A stretch of DNA of 34,203 bases from Burkholderiales bacterium (GTDB lineage Bacteria; Pseudomonadota; Gammaproteobacteria; Burkholderiales; Burkholderiaceae_C): the NCBI GenBank assembly GCA_031427655.1, contig JANPNT010000403.1, positions 1 through 34,203 on the forward strand, read 5' to 3'. The position numbers and the translations under genes are program-made. Of this stretch, positions 15,859 to 24,198 are shown piece by piece (the stretch's first letter is position 1; each line of letters begins with the position of its first letter). The notes under the pieces were generated by a model. That model made no database searches. It worked only from the letters and a program-made list of their open reading frames with translations, and was not told the DNA's origin.

Positions 15859-17747
15859 CTGCGGCGGCCCGAAAGCCTGTGGCTGTGTCGGGGCTGAACG
15901 ACTTGCCGACCGGGCAAAACACCGCAGAGCGACGCTTGGCCCGCTTGGCCGAAGAAGTGCGCGGTGCGTTTGACTATTTGCCCGCTTCCTTGGCAGGCAA
16001 TGTGGCGGGCATGAGCGTCATCACAGTGCTGTTTTGGAGTGTCAATTCGACGCGCGTGATGTCGCTGTGGCTTGGGGCCTTTGCCCTGATGTTGCTCACG
16101 CGGGTGGCGCTGGGCCAACGCTTTAAACGCAGCCAACCCGCGACCGAGCAACAGTGGGCTGGGTGGCGACGCGCCTGGAACCTGGGCACGCTGTCGTCCG
16201 CCGCCATGTGGGGTGCCACGGCCTGGGTTTTCTACCCTGGCGGTCAGAGCATTCAGCAAGTGGGTTTGATCATCACCATCTACACCTTGTCGGTGGCGGT
16301 AGTGCCGGTGTTGGCCACGCAACCGGCCGTGTTTTTGGCTTTCGGTGCGCTGTGCTTTTTACCCATGGCGGCCCGCATCGCCAGCGAGGGAACGAACTAC
16401 GGTTACGAATTGGCAGGCATTTTGATGTTGGTGTTTGCATTGACCACCGTGCTGGCGCGAAGCTACCGCCAGGCCTTGCGCCGCGCCATTGATTTGAAGC
16501 TGCTGGGCGACAGCCTGACCGCTCAGTTGCAAGTTGAAAAACGCGCCGCAGAAGATGCGCGTGCGGAAGCCGACGACGCACGCGTTGAAGCTGACAACGC
16601 TCGCGTCGTGGCCGAAGTCGCCAACCGAGCCAAGACCCAATTCTTCACCGCCGCCAGCCACGATCTGCGCCAACCGCTGCACGCCATGGGCCTGTTTGCC
16701 GAGGCGCTGCGACAAAAAAATCACGACACCGAAGTGGCGCACTTGGTCAACAGCATCAATGAATCGGTCGATGCGTTGGAAGGACTTTTTTCTGAGTTGC
16801 TGGACATCACCCGAATCGACAGCGGCGGCGTCGACGTGAACCTTGAACACTTTGCGATGAGCGACATCCTCCGCAAGTTGCGCTTGCACTTTGAGCCGGT
16901 GGCGTTCGAGAAAGGCCTGGCGCTGCGCTTGCGTGGCGGGCAGCACATGGTGCACGCCGACCCGCTGCTGGTGGAGCGGATTTTGCGCAACCTGGTGTCC
17001 AACGCCATTCGCTACACAGTGGACGGCACCGTGCTGGTCAGTTGCCGCCGTCGGGGCGACGGCGTGCTGCTGCAAGTGTGGGACAGCGGGACGGGCATCA
17101 GCGAAGAACAACAGACACGCGTGTTTGAAGAGTTCTACCAAGTACCCGGCGTGAAGAAAACCGCCGCACACGATCGCAAGGGTTTGGGCCTGGGCTTGGC
17201 CATCGTCAAACGCTTGGCCGATTTGCTGCACGCGCCGCTGAAGTTGCAGTCGCAGCTTGGCCGCGGAACGGTCATCAGCTTGGAGCTTCCGGTAGGCAAG
17301 GCGGCGCGACAAGTCATGCCGACTCTGGGCCCCAAATCGGCTGTCAACCTGACGCTGCAAAACCGCTTGATCGTGGTGGTGGAAGACGAACCCGCCGTCT
17401 TGGCCGGCTTGGAAGCCGTGCTGAGAAGTTGGGGTGCCAGCTTGGCCTCTTTCAGCAGCGTGTCAGCCTGTTTGGCATGGGCTCACAGCGTCGATGCCTC
17501 ACAAGTCAAACCTGACTTGTTGATCGTTGATTTCCGCTTGGAAGACGGCCACACGGGCGTGGAAGTCATTACTGCCCTGCGCGCTCATTTCAAACAAAAA
17601 ATTCCGTCTATCGTTGTCACCGGCAGCACCATGACTGGCCACGAGCAAGAGGCGCAAGACCTCGATTTCCACCTGCTCATCAAGCCCGTGGTGCCGAACA
17701 AGCTGCGCGCCATGATCGCGTTCAAGCTGGGCGTGAAGGCGGGCTGA
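15840..17747 (+). CDS. Hybrid sensor histidine kinase (polytopic N-terminal membrane domain, coiled-coil, HisKA, HATPase_c, REC)
   Basis: 635 aa; overlaps the regulator gene by 19 nt. About 6 hydrophobic helices in the N-terminal 210 aa. H-box FFTAASHDLRQPLHAM. N-box LVSNAIRYT. G-boxes VWDSGTGI and GLGLGLAIV. C-terminal REC is LIVVVEDEP...LLIVDFRLEDGHTG...LIKP. Confidence 0.9.
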   Translation: MEQNRLTAAARKPVAVSGLNDLPTGQNTAERRLARLAEEVRGAFDYLPASLAGNVAGMSVITVLFWSVNSTRVMSLWLGAFALMLLTRVALGQRFKRSQPATEQQWAGWRRAWNLGTLSSAAMWGATAWVFYPGGQSIQQVGLIITIYTLSVAVVPVLATQPAVFLAFGALCFLPMAARIASEGTNYGYELAGILMLVFALTTVLARSYRQALRRAIDLKLLGDSLTAQLQVEKRAAEDARAEADDARVEADNARVVAEVANRAKTQFFTAASHDLRQPLHAMGLFAEALRQKNHDTEVAHLVNSINESVDALEGLFSELLDITRIDSGGVDVNLEHFAMSDILRKLRLHFEPVAFEKGLALRLRGGQHMVHADPLLVERILRNLVSNAIRYTVDGTVLVSCRRRGDGVLLQVWDSGTGISEEQQTRVFEEFYQVPGVKKTAAHDRKGLGLGLAIVKRLADLLHAPLKLQSQLGRGTVISLELPVGKAARQVMPTLGPKSAVNLTLQNRLIVVVEDEPAVLAGLEAVLRSWGASLASFSSVSACLAWAHSVDASQVKPDLLIVDFRLEDGHTGVEVITALRAHFKQKIPSIVVTGSTMTGHEQEAQDLDFHLLIKPVVPNKLRAMIAFKLGVKAG

Positions 17748-17822
17748 ACGCGGGTGAAGGAGCTCGCGCGGGCTGCCTGCAAAATCAGCCGACTCACTTC
17801 ATAGCGAAAAGCGCGACACAAC

Positions 17823-18608
17823 ATGAACTTGAACATCCAAAACAAATGGGCACTCGTCTGCGCAGCCAGCAAAGGCTTGGGCAAAGGCTGCGCGGCGGCG
17901 CTGGTAGCCGAAGGCGTGAACGTGGTGATCACCGCGCGCGGCGTTGACGCTTTGCAAGCAACCGCCGCCGCGCTGCGAAACATTCCCGGCGCAGGTGAGG
18001 TTTGCACCGTGGCCGGCGACATCACCACCGCCGAAGGCCGCGCCGCAGCGCTGGCCGCGTGCCCGCAAGTTGACATCCTCATCAACAACGCCGGTGGCCC
18101 GCCGCCGGGCGACTTCCGGCAGTGGGACCGAGAGGTGTGGCTGAAAGCACTGGACGCCAACATGCTCACACCCATCGAGCTCATCAAGTCGGTGGTCGAC
18201 GGCATGGCCGCGCGTGGTTTTGGCCGCATCGTCAACATCACCTCCGGCGCAGTGAAAGCGCCCATCGACGTGCTGGGTTTGAGCAACGGAGCGCGCAGCG
18301 GCCTGACCGGTTTTGTGGCGGGCTTGGCACGCAGTTCGATTGCCGCGCAAGGCGTGACCATCAACGGCCTGTTGCCCGGCGCGTTTGACACCGAACGCTT
18401 GCAAACCACGCTGCGTGCAGGTGCTGCGAAAGCGGGCCGCGACCCTGAAACCGCCATCGCCGCAAGGCAAGCCACCATTCCTGCGCGCCGCTTCGGCAGC
18501 GCCGAGGAATTTGGTGCGATGTGCGCGTTTTTATGCAGCGTGCACGCGGGCTACATCACCGGGCAAAACGTGTTGATGGACGGCGGCAGTTATCCGGGCA
18601 CGTTCTGA
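17823..18608 (+). CDS. Short-chain dehydrogenase/reductase (SDR) family oxidoreductase
   Basis: 261 aa. Cofactor-binding motif ALVCAASKGLGKGCA, NNAG, and the IVNITSGAV...GLSNGARSG region are typical SDR. Confidence 0.88.
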   Translation: MNLNIQNKWALVCAASKGLGKGCAAALVAEGVNVVITARGVDALQATAAALRNIPGAGEVCTVAGDITTAEGRAAALAACPQVDILINNAGGPPPGDFRQWDREVWLKALDANMLTPIELIKSVVDGMAARGFGRIVNITSGAVKAPIDVLGLSNGARSGLTGFVAGLARSSIAAQGVTINGLLPGAFDTERLQTTLRAGAAKAGRDPETAIAARQATIPARRFGSAEEFGAMCAFLCSVHAGYITGQNVLMDGGSYPGTF

Positions 18609-18620
18609 AAAGTGTGGGCT

Positions 18621-18692
18621 TCAACGCGCATTGCGGATTGACGATCAACGCGCATCGCCGAGTGACGATCAACGCGCATCGTTGAGCTTCCA
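18621..18692. repeat. Tandem repeat, 24-bp x 3, spanning the stop codon of the DUF547 gene
   Basis: tcaacgcgcattgcggattgacga / tcaacgcgcatcgccgagtgacga / tcaacgcgcatcgttgagcttcca at 18621, 18645 and 18669. On the minus strand each unit ends in ..gcgcgttga (A-R-stop), in frame with the gene. Confidence 0.9.
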
Positions 18693-19520
18693 GTCGTAGC
18701 TTAAAAAGCTCACTGAAGCGTCTTGCGCTTTGATGCGTTCGCGGTCAGCGGGGGAATCGGCCAATTGATTCGCATACCTGGCCGCGAAGGCAGGCAATGA
18801 GGCAATGCCTTTGTAGCCTTGCTTGAAATCACCGCCGTACCAATCGAAAATTTTGCTGACCTCCAACTTGCCACTGCTGGCAGTGAAACGGTTGCGGCTG
18901 CGGTCGGACATAAAGCGCAGCGTTTGTTCATCAAGCTGCGCTTCCAAGCGCTCGGCCACAAAGGCTTCTTCGCGCAGCATGGGGCAACCAATGCTGGCGC
19001 AATTCAGCGCAAAGTGAATTCGCGGGTCGTCAAAACGCCCTTTGGCCCGCAGGTTTTTGTGCTCGATGTCGTCGAGCGTCAGGGTGGTGCCCAACAGCGG
19101 GATGTTCTTGATGTCCCACGGCTTGGTGATCATGTTGCCCAAGTCGCGAATCGATTCCAGCTTGGGGTATTTGGTAAGGATCAACTCCACCGTGAACGCG
19201 TTGTAGGCATTTATCAAAAACGCCATTTGCTGGGGCCTGCTGTAGCCGTCGAAAGTGGCCGCGCTGACGGAGGAGAGCTGCGCCAAATAGGCCTTCAGCG
19301 CGTCGTGGTCGGTAAGCATCCCGGCATAGCGGACTTGCGATGCTTTGCCGCCGTCGAGCAGTACGACGTGTTTTTTCAGCAAGCTGGTCCAAGCAGCGTG
19401 GCTGTGGTCGAAAGTCTGGGCTTGGGCCGGTATCGAGAAAGTGAGGGCCACTGCGGCGCTGGTTGCGAGTGCGAGCAAGTTGCGGCGAGTCGGGTTGGGG
19501 TGGATGGGGGTGCGCTTCAT
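18669..19520 (-). CDS. DUF547 domain-containing exported protein
   Basis: 283 aa. Twin-arginine-like signal (TRRNLLALATSAAVALTFSIPAQA). AFLINAYNAFTVELIL, IHFALNCASIGCPML and FDWYGGDF are DUF547 hallmarks. Confidence 0.88.
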   Translation of the reverse strand: MKRTPIHPNPTRRNLLALATSAAVALTFSIPAQAQTFDHSHAAWTSLLKKHVVLLDGGKASQVRYAGMLTDHDALKAYLAQLSSVSAATFDGYSRPQQMAFLINAYNAFTVELILTKYPKLESIRDLGNMITKPWDIKNIPLLGTTLTLDDIEHKNLRAKGRFDDPRIHFALNCASIGCPMLREEAFVAERLEAQLDEQTLRFMSDRSRNRFTASSGKLEVSKIFDWYGGDFKQGYKGIASLPAFAARYANQLADSPADRERIKAQDASVSFLSYDWKLNDAR

Positions 19521-19545
19521 GGCTGACCTTTGTGGTGTGGGCTTG

Positions 19546-19570
19546 GCACTTCGACAGGCTCAGTGCGAAC
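19546..19570 (+). repeat. REP-like dispersed motif (cttcgacaggctcagtgcgaacggg)
   Basis: Same motif halves as at 10365-10380 plus 10421-10436, and in reverse orientation at 28173-28195 and 28223-28239. Confidence 0.7.
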
Positions 19571-19690
19571 GGGGTGTATCTGCTGGTGCGACGTGGCCCA
19601 TGGCCGTAGCGATGGGACAAAAAGCCGGTAAAAAATGGACCGCTGCGGCCGACTTGCAGCCGACGTTCCTTCTGCCGCCCACACTCCAAG

Positions 19691-19797
19691 GCGCAAACCA
19701 AAGTGATGCCTCATGGCATCGCGAGGATTTACAACGACGCCGCGCGCGCGAAGACGCGGTTTTATGTCGCAATGAGAGTGACGCACAGCATTAGGAG
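19691..19797 (+). repeat. Dispersed repeat of about 100 bp, copy 1 (partner at 29622-29726)
   Basis: By-eye alignment gives about 82-85% identity: gcaaacca.ag.gatgcctca..gcatcgcgaggattt.caacgac...ggttttat.tcgcaatgagagtgac.cacag. Lies 34 nt 3' of the patatin gene stop (minus strand). Confidence 0.8.
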
Positions 19798-19830
19798 AGT
19801 AGCGCGTGAGTGATGTAGCAATGCGCTTCG

Positions 19831-20733
19831 CTACACCGCATGCAGCGCCTTGATCCGCGCACCCGCCGCGAGGGTGTCGCGGTAGCCCGCAGCGATGCAC
19901 TTCTCTCGGTACTCGCGCGACACGCTGGCGTAGTAGCCGATGTCGGGGTGCAGCAGCACGTCTGCCAGTTCGGCGTCGGGGCGGGTCAGGGCGCGTTTGC
20001 GCACGTCACCACCGCGCCAGCGTTCGGTGCCTGCGGGTGCGCGGGTTTCATCGGCTGAAGCATCGACCGCCAACACACGCGTCGCACCCAGCGACTTGAC
20101 CAGCCGCACCGGCAAGGGCACGCGCAAGTCGGCATCGGCGTAGCGCTGACCGCGAACGCGCACGGGCGTGAATTGACCTTCAATCGCGCAGGACGCTTGC
20201 ACTGCCAAGCCAGCATCGCCCTGGCTGAACCCGACCACGCTCCCGTCGCTCATGCGTTGAGCCACGCACAGCGCCATCAACGGCAATTTTTCTAGCGCAG
20301 ATGAAACGCCTTTGCTGCGCAATTGTTCGCGCACCAAGTCGGCAATTGCACTGCCGCTCAGACGTTCGCTGCCGCCGATCGACACGCGGGCCAAAGCAGC
20401 GGGAGACAAGTCCAAGGCCAGCCGCTCCAGCTCGGCACCGCCCACGCCACCGGCACGCAGCACACCCACCAGCGCACCGGCCGAAGCCCCCACGATGACA
20501 TCGGGCACCACGCCCAATTCGTCCAACGCTTTGATCACACCGACGTGAACAAAGCAGCGCGGCCCGCCGGAGCTGAGCACCCACGCCACACGCGGCTTGC
20601 GCGGCAGTGCCGACATGCCGGGCGCGTTGGGGCCGGTGTGATCGGCGTCGGGATCAAACGCGCAGCCGCTCAGCCACGCGGCAGACAGGCCCACGGTGGC
20701 CAGTGCAGAACGTCGACTCAGCAGAACTGCCAT
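19831..20733 (-). CDS. Patatin-like phospholipase family lipoprotein
   Basis: 300 aa. Lipobox AAWLSGC. Oxyanion motif LSSGGPRCF. Nucleophile elbow GASAG (GxSxG). Probable catalytic Asp in LAVDAS. Confidence 0.88.
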   Translation of the reverse strand: MAVLLSRRSALATVGLSAAWLSGCAFDPDADHTGPNAPGMSALPRKPRVAWVLSSGGPRCFVHVGVIKALDELGVVPDVIVGASAGALVGVLRAGGVGGAELERLALDLSPAALARVSIGGSERLSGSAIADLVREQLRSKGVSSALEKLPLMALCVAQRMSDGSVVGFSQGDAGLAVQASCAIEGQFTPVRVRGQRYADADLRVPLPVRLVKSLGATRVLAVDASADETRAPAGTERWRGGDVRKRALTRPDAELADVLLHPDIGYYASVSREYREKCIAAGYRDTLAAGARIKALHAV

Positions 20734-20747
20734 GGCGCGATTCAGAC

Positions 20748-21368
20748 TTACTTGGCGGCCGCCGCCTTCACCATCCGGTCGAGGTCTTCACCACTTTTAT
20801 AGTGCGGCACTTTGAAAACCAGGCGCTTGGCGCGCTGCACAAAGCTGTTGCTGGCGTTGGCTTCTTCGGCCCAGTATTTGTCGGCCAACTTGATGTTGCC
20901 CGGCACGTCCAGCTTGAACGCGGCCATCGAACCTGCGCCTCCAAAAATGTACAGCTTGCCGTCTTGCATCAACCAGGTATCGCCGTCACCGCCCCAGGGA
21001 ATGCCGTAGACCAAACCGTTCGCGCAGTAGCCGCCGTACTGCGGCAGGTATTTGGTGGGGGCGGCATCGAACAGGGCTTTGTGCTCGGCCGTTGCGAAGC
21101 GGAAGGTCACGTCTTGATAAACACTTTTGATGGCGGGCAGTCCCACCGCGTGCTTGCCGTCGGCGAAATACGCGACCACGTCAAAGCCTTTGAGCATGAC
21201 GCGAGCGTCTGCTCCATCGGCCACCGCATTGACGGGCTTCAAAGTGCCCGACGGGTTTTGCGCGGTCATGGCCGAGCAGCCACCGAGCAGCAGCGCAACC
21301 AGCAGGCCCGCAGTCGCCAAATTAAAGACTCGGTTGAAAAGGCCATTTTTTGAAAGTGAAGTTTTCAT
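20748..21368 (-). CDS. YHS domain-containing lipoprotein
   Basis: Within ORF 20748..21479. ATG 21368-21366 overlaps the upstream gene stop (ATGA). Lipobox LLLGGC. MLKGFDVVAYF...FRFATAEHKALFDAAPTKYLPQYGGYCANG is the YHS-domain signature. Confidence 0.85.
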   Translation of the reverse strand: MKTSLSKNGLFNRVFNLATAGLLVALLLGGCSAMTAQNPSGTLKPVNAVADGADARVMLKGFDVVAYFADGKHAVGLPAIKSVYQDVTFRFATAEHKALFDAAPTKYLPQYGGYCANGLVYGIPWGGDGDTWLMQDGKLYIFGGAGSMAAFKLDVPGNIKLADKYWAEEANASNSFVQRAKRLVFKVPHYKSGEDLDRMVKAAAAK

Positions 21369-22744
21369 GTGGTGAGGTCGGGTTGGGGAACGGGTGTGAC
21401 AAGCCTTGGAGAGGCAGTGCTTTGCAAAGTTTCGTTGGCGCGCACGGAGGGAATTCGATCGCAGTACGGTGCTGTCCAACCGAGCAGACGGCTGGCTTGT
21501 TCGGTGCGCGCGCGCAGATCATTTCGGTCGCGTCCGCCCAAATGAATGATGCCGTGACGGTAGCTGCCCAGCCACTTGAAGTCGCGCTTCAAAGCATGAC
21601 CCGTTTTGGCGTAGCAAAACAGCAAGGCATCAGGGAAGCAGCGCATCAAGTCGGCCTGCTGTGCATTGTCAGGCATGCGAACTTGCGCTGAAGGATCGAA
21701 CGACCGGTAAACCTGACTCGCCGCAGCGCCTGCGGTGGGCACGGTGCGGGGCAAGTCGGCGGGGTCTTGGCCCAAGGCCAAGGCCAGCGACATGGCATGC
21801 GCATCGCGACCTTGGACGCGCCGGTACAGGTCGGCGAACTGCGACGCCATGCGCGGGTTGAACTCGATCACGCTGAGGCGGTCGGTCAGCGGGTCGTGAA
21901 AAAATTCCATGTTGAAAAAACCGTGCGTGTAGCCGATGGCGCTCAAGAACTTCTGCGCCACTTCCAGCGCGCGGTGCTGCACTCTGGGTGCGAGCTGGCT
22001 CGGCACTTCCCAACGCATGAACGCCTGCGTGCTGGGGTACATCACCGCATCGACCACGCCCAGCGCTTGAGCCGTGCCGTTGAACATCCAACCGTCGAGG
22101 TTGTATTGCGGCGTGTCCAGCGGCAGCGGTGTTTCCAACATCATGCGGTGCGCTGTGCCAGTTTGCGGCATGCGCTGTTTCATGACGCGCTCAAACGGCT
22201 CCACCAAGCGCCGTATCACCCACAGCTCGCGTCGCCCGAAACGGGTGTGAGCTTGCAGCTCATCGCGACTTTTCACCTCGCGCGCCAGCACTGAAAACGC
22301 GGCCTTCACCGGCTTCACGAATTGCGGATAACTCAAGCCGTGCGGAATGTCGTCTCCATACGCCACGTCCAGCGAAGCGAAACCGATGTTGGCTTCAGGC
22401 ACAACTTGCTGCAGCACTTCACGTGCAAACAGTTTGTGCTGCGCTGCCAAAACAGACTCAGGCGTGGCACCTGGCAAGCCCAATTCTTCGGCCACCAAAG
22501 CTGCGGCCAAGGCACCAAATTGTTCGTGGTGCGAAATCACACCGCGCCAGCCCAAGTTGCGTCCCCGCGAGGCTTGGCGGCGCGAAAATTTCAGCAGGTC
22601 GAAGTGAATGAGGTGCGCGTTGCTGGGGAAGCTGAACAAGTCAAACCCGGCGTGATCGAACGCAGCGCGGCCACTCAGCGCAGCGAAGCCGTCCGCGTCC
22701 CAGTCGTAGCCAAACAGCAGGCCAACTCTCGGCAAAGCGCTCAA
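21365..22744 (-). CDS. ATP-grasp domain-containing protein
   Basis: ORF 21365..22870. Likely start is TTG 22744-22742, overlapping the TVP38 stop (TTGA); TTG 22735 is an alternative. HKLFAREVL, FVKPVKAAFS, LDGWMFNG, GFFNMEFF...SVIEFNPRM are ATP-grasp fold motifs. Confidence 0.82.
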   Translation of the reverse strand: MSALPRVGLLFGYDWDADGFAALSGRAAFDHAGFDLFSFPSNAHLIHFDLLKFSRRQASRGRNLGWRGVISHHEQFGALAAALVAEELGLPGATPESVLAAQHKLFAREVLQQVVPEANIGFASLDVAYGDDIPHGLSYPQFVKPVKAAFSVLAREVKSRDELQAHTRFGRRELWVIRRLVEPFERVMKQRMPQTGTAHRMMLETPLPLDTPQYNLDGWMFNGTAQALGVVDAVMYPSTQAFMRWEVPSQLAPRVQHRALEVAQKFLSAIGYTHGFFNMEFFHDPLTDRLSVIEFNPRMASQFADLYRRVQGRDAHAMSLALALGQDPADLPRTVPTAGAAASQVYRSFDPSAQVRMPDNAQQADLMRCFPDALLFCYAKTGHALKRDFKWLGSYRHGIIHLGGRDRNDLRARTEQASRLLGWTAPYCDRIPSVRANETLQSTASPRLVTPVPQPDLTT

Positions 22745-23457
22745 TGCGTGACCGCCGGGCGAACCGGTCTCACAGACTTGAATTTGCGCAAAAGCCAGCG
22801 CGTGACCCAAGGCAACAACGCGAGCACCGCCAGTGCCGCCATGAGGCCGGGCGTGAACAGCGATTGCCAACTGCTGGCTTCGCTGAGCACCGTGCCTGCG
22901 TACACATAAGCCGCGCTGCCCGCCGTCATGCCGAACAAGCTGGCCATGAAAAACTGACGCAGCGGCATCGCCGACAAACCCATCAAGGGATTGATGAGCG
23001 CATAGGGAATGACGGGTGCCATGCGCAGCGAAAACAAGTAATACGCACCGTCACGCGCCAGCCCGTTTTCGATGGCCGCCAAGCGGTGCCCCCAGCGTCG
23101 ATTCACCGCGTCACGCCACCAATGACGCGCAGCCAAAAAAGACACCGTGGCACCCACCGTCGAAGCCAGCACCACCAGCAAAGTCCCCGGCAGCCAGCCC
23201 AAACACAAGCCGGCCGCCAACGCGAGCACGCTGCAGCCGGGCAGCGCCAGCGCCGACAGCAATGTGAACAGCAAGAACAGGCCCGTCGTGAAGGCCCATG
23301 GTCTGGCCGCCTGAAACGCCAGCAGATCGGCTTGGCGTGTGTGGAGCCACGCGGCATCTAACGCGGGGAGCTTCGAGCAGGCCCACAGAAGCGCACAAAG
23401 CGAAATCAGGGCGAGGAAGGCAAAACCAATCTGGCGCAAAGGCAGGGGCGCGAACAT
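22741..23457 (-). CDS. TVP38/TMEM64 (DedA-related) family inner-membrane protein
   Basis: 238 aa with about 5-6 hydrophobic helices. ALPGCSVLALAAGLCLGWLPGTLLVVLASTVGATVSFLAARHWWRD...YYLFSLRMAPVIPYALINPLMGLS matches the TVP38/SNARE-associated fold. Confidence 0.88.
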   Translation of the reverse strand: MFAPLPLRQIGFAFLALISLCALLWACSKLPALDAAWLHTRQADLLAFQAARPWAFTTGLFLLFTLLSALALPGCSVLALAAGLCLGWLPGTLLVVLASTVGATVSFLAARHWWRDAVNRRWGHRLAAIENGLARDGAYYLFSLRMAPVIPYALINPLMGLSAMPLRQFFMASLFGMTAGSAAYVYAGTVLSEASSWQSLFTPGLMAALAVLALLPWVTRWLLRKFKSVRPVRPAVTH

Positions 23458-23661
23458 AAGAAAGTGGTCGGGGCAGCTGGAGATTCTTACGCAGTGGACA
23501 GCGCTATCGATTCAAGCAGCGCTATCGGAGTATTTCATTTGACTGTACGCCGCAAGACCGCAACGCCGTCCGCAGACGGGCTTTACCGTGCTGCCGTCTG
23601 ACCTGTGGTCGGCGGGCTCAGCAATCTGACGGGGCATTCCTCTGCGTCGGCGGTGTGTAAA

Positions 23662-24198
23662 TCAGAAGCTCGTCCAGTCATTACGGGTTCCGGTCTTGGG
23701 TGATGCGGACTCGCCAGCCTGCTTCAACACCTCATCCTTGGCCTTCACGGTGAAGTTGGGCCGCGCCACGTTCTGGGCACGACTGAGGCTGCGGCGGTTT
23801 GACACGGGGGAGTTCGCAGCTGCTCCATTGCGGGCAATGTTGGCTTCAGCGTGGGCCGTGCGTGCTTGAATCACTTCGGGGGTGGGGGTGATGAGCGTGG
23901 TGGCAATGGCCAGCCGGTTGCGCAGCAAGGCGGCGCTGGGCCACCGGCTGAGCAGCGGCCAGTCATTCGTGGAGGAAAAAGCGTCGGGCACCAGGCGCAG
24001 CTACTTGAGCGTGAGGGTGATCACTTCGGGTACTGCAAAGGCAACCATGCCCATCGTGCGCAAGCAGATGTGGAGGACGGCGGGTACGGCGCGAGAGCCC
24101 CGACAGGCGCTCTCAGAACGGAACTTCAACTGCGTGACGATGATCGGCCGCGACAGGAATGCGGAGCTGGGTTCGGGACGCTGATGAAACACCATGCG
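23662..24198 (-). pseudogene. Possible disrupted gene of unknown family (two same-frame ORFs separated by a single TAG)
   Basis: Minus-strand ORFs 24001..24195 and 23662..23991 share a frame and are separated only by TAG at 24003-24001. Third-position GC is about 75-80% across both. Neither candidate start has an SD. No family recognised. A plus-strand ORF (23882..24184) shares the same third positions, so the coding strand is not certain. Confidence 0.3.

Noticed and set aside
23882-24184. Plus-strand 100-aa ORF as the real gene in the tRNA-proximal region
   Set aside because: Not excluded, but the translation is Arg/Ser-rich. The coding-type periodicity continues about 200 nt beyond its upstream stop (TGA at 23867-23869), where only the minus frame is open, so the minus-strand reading was preferred at low confidence.
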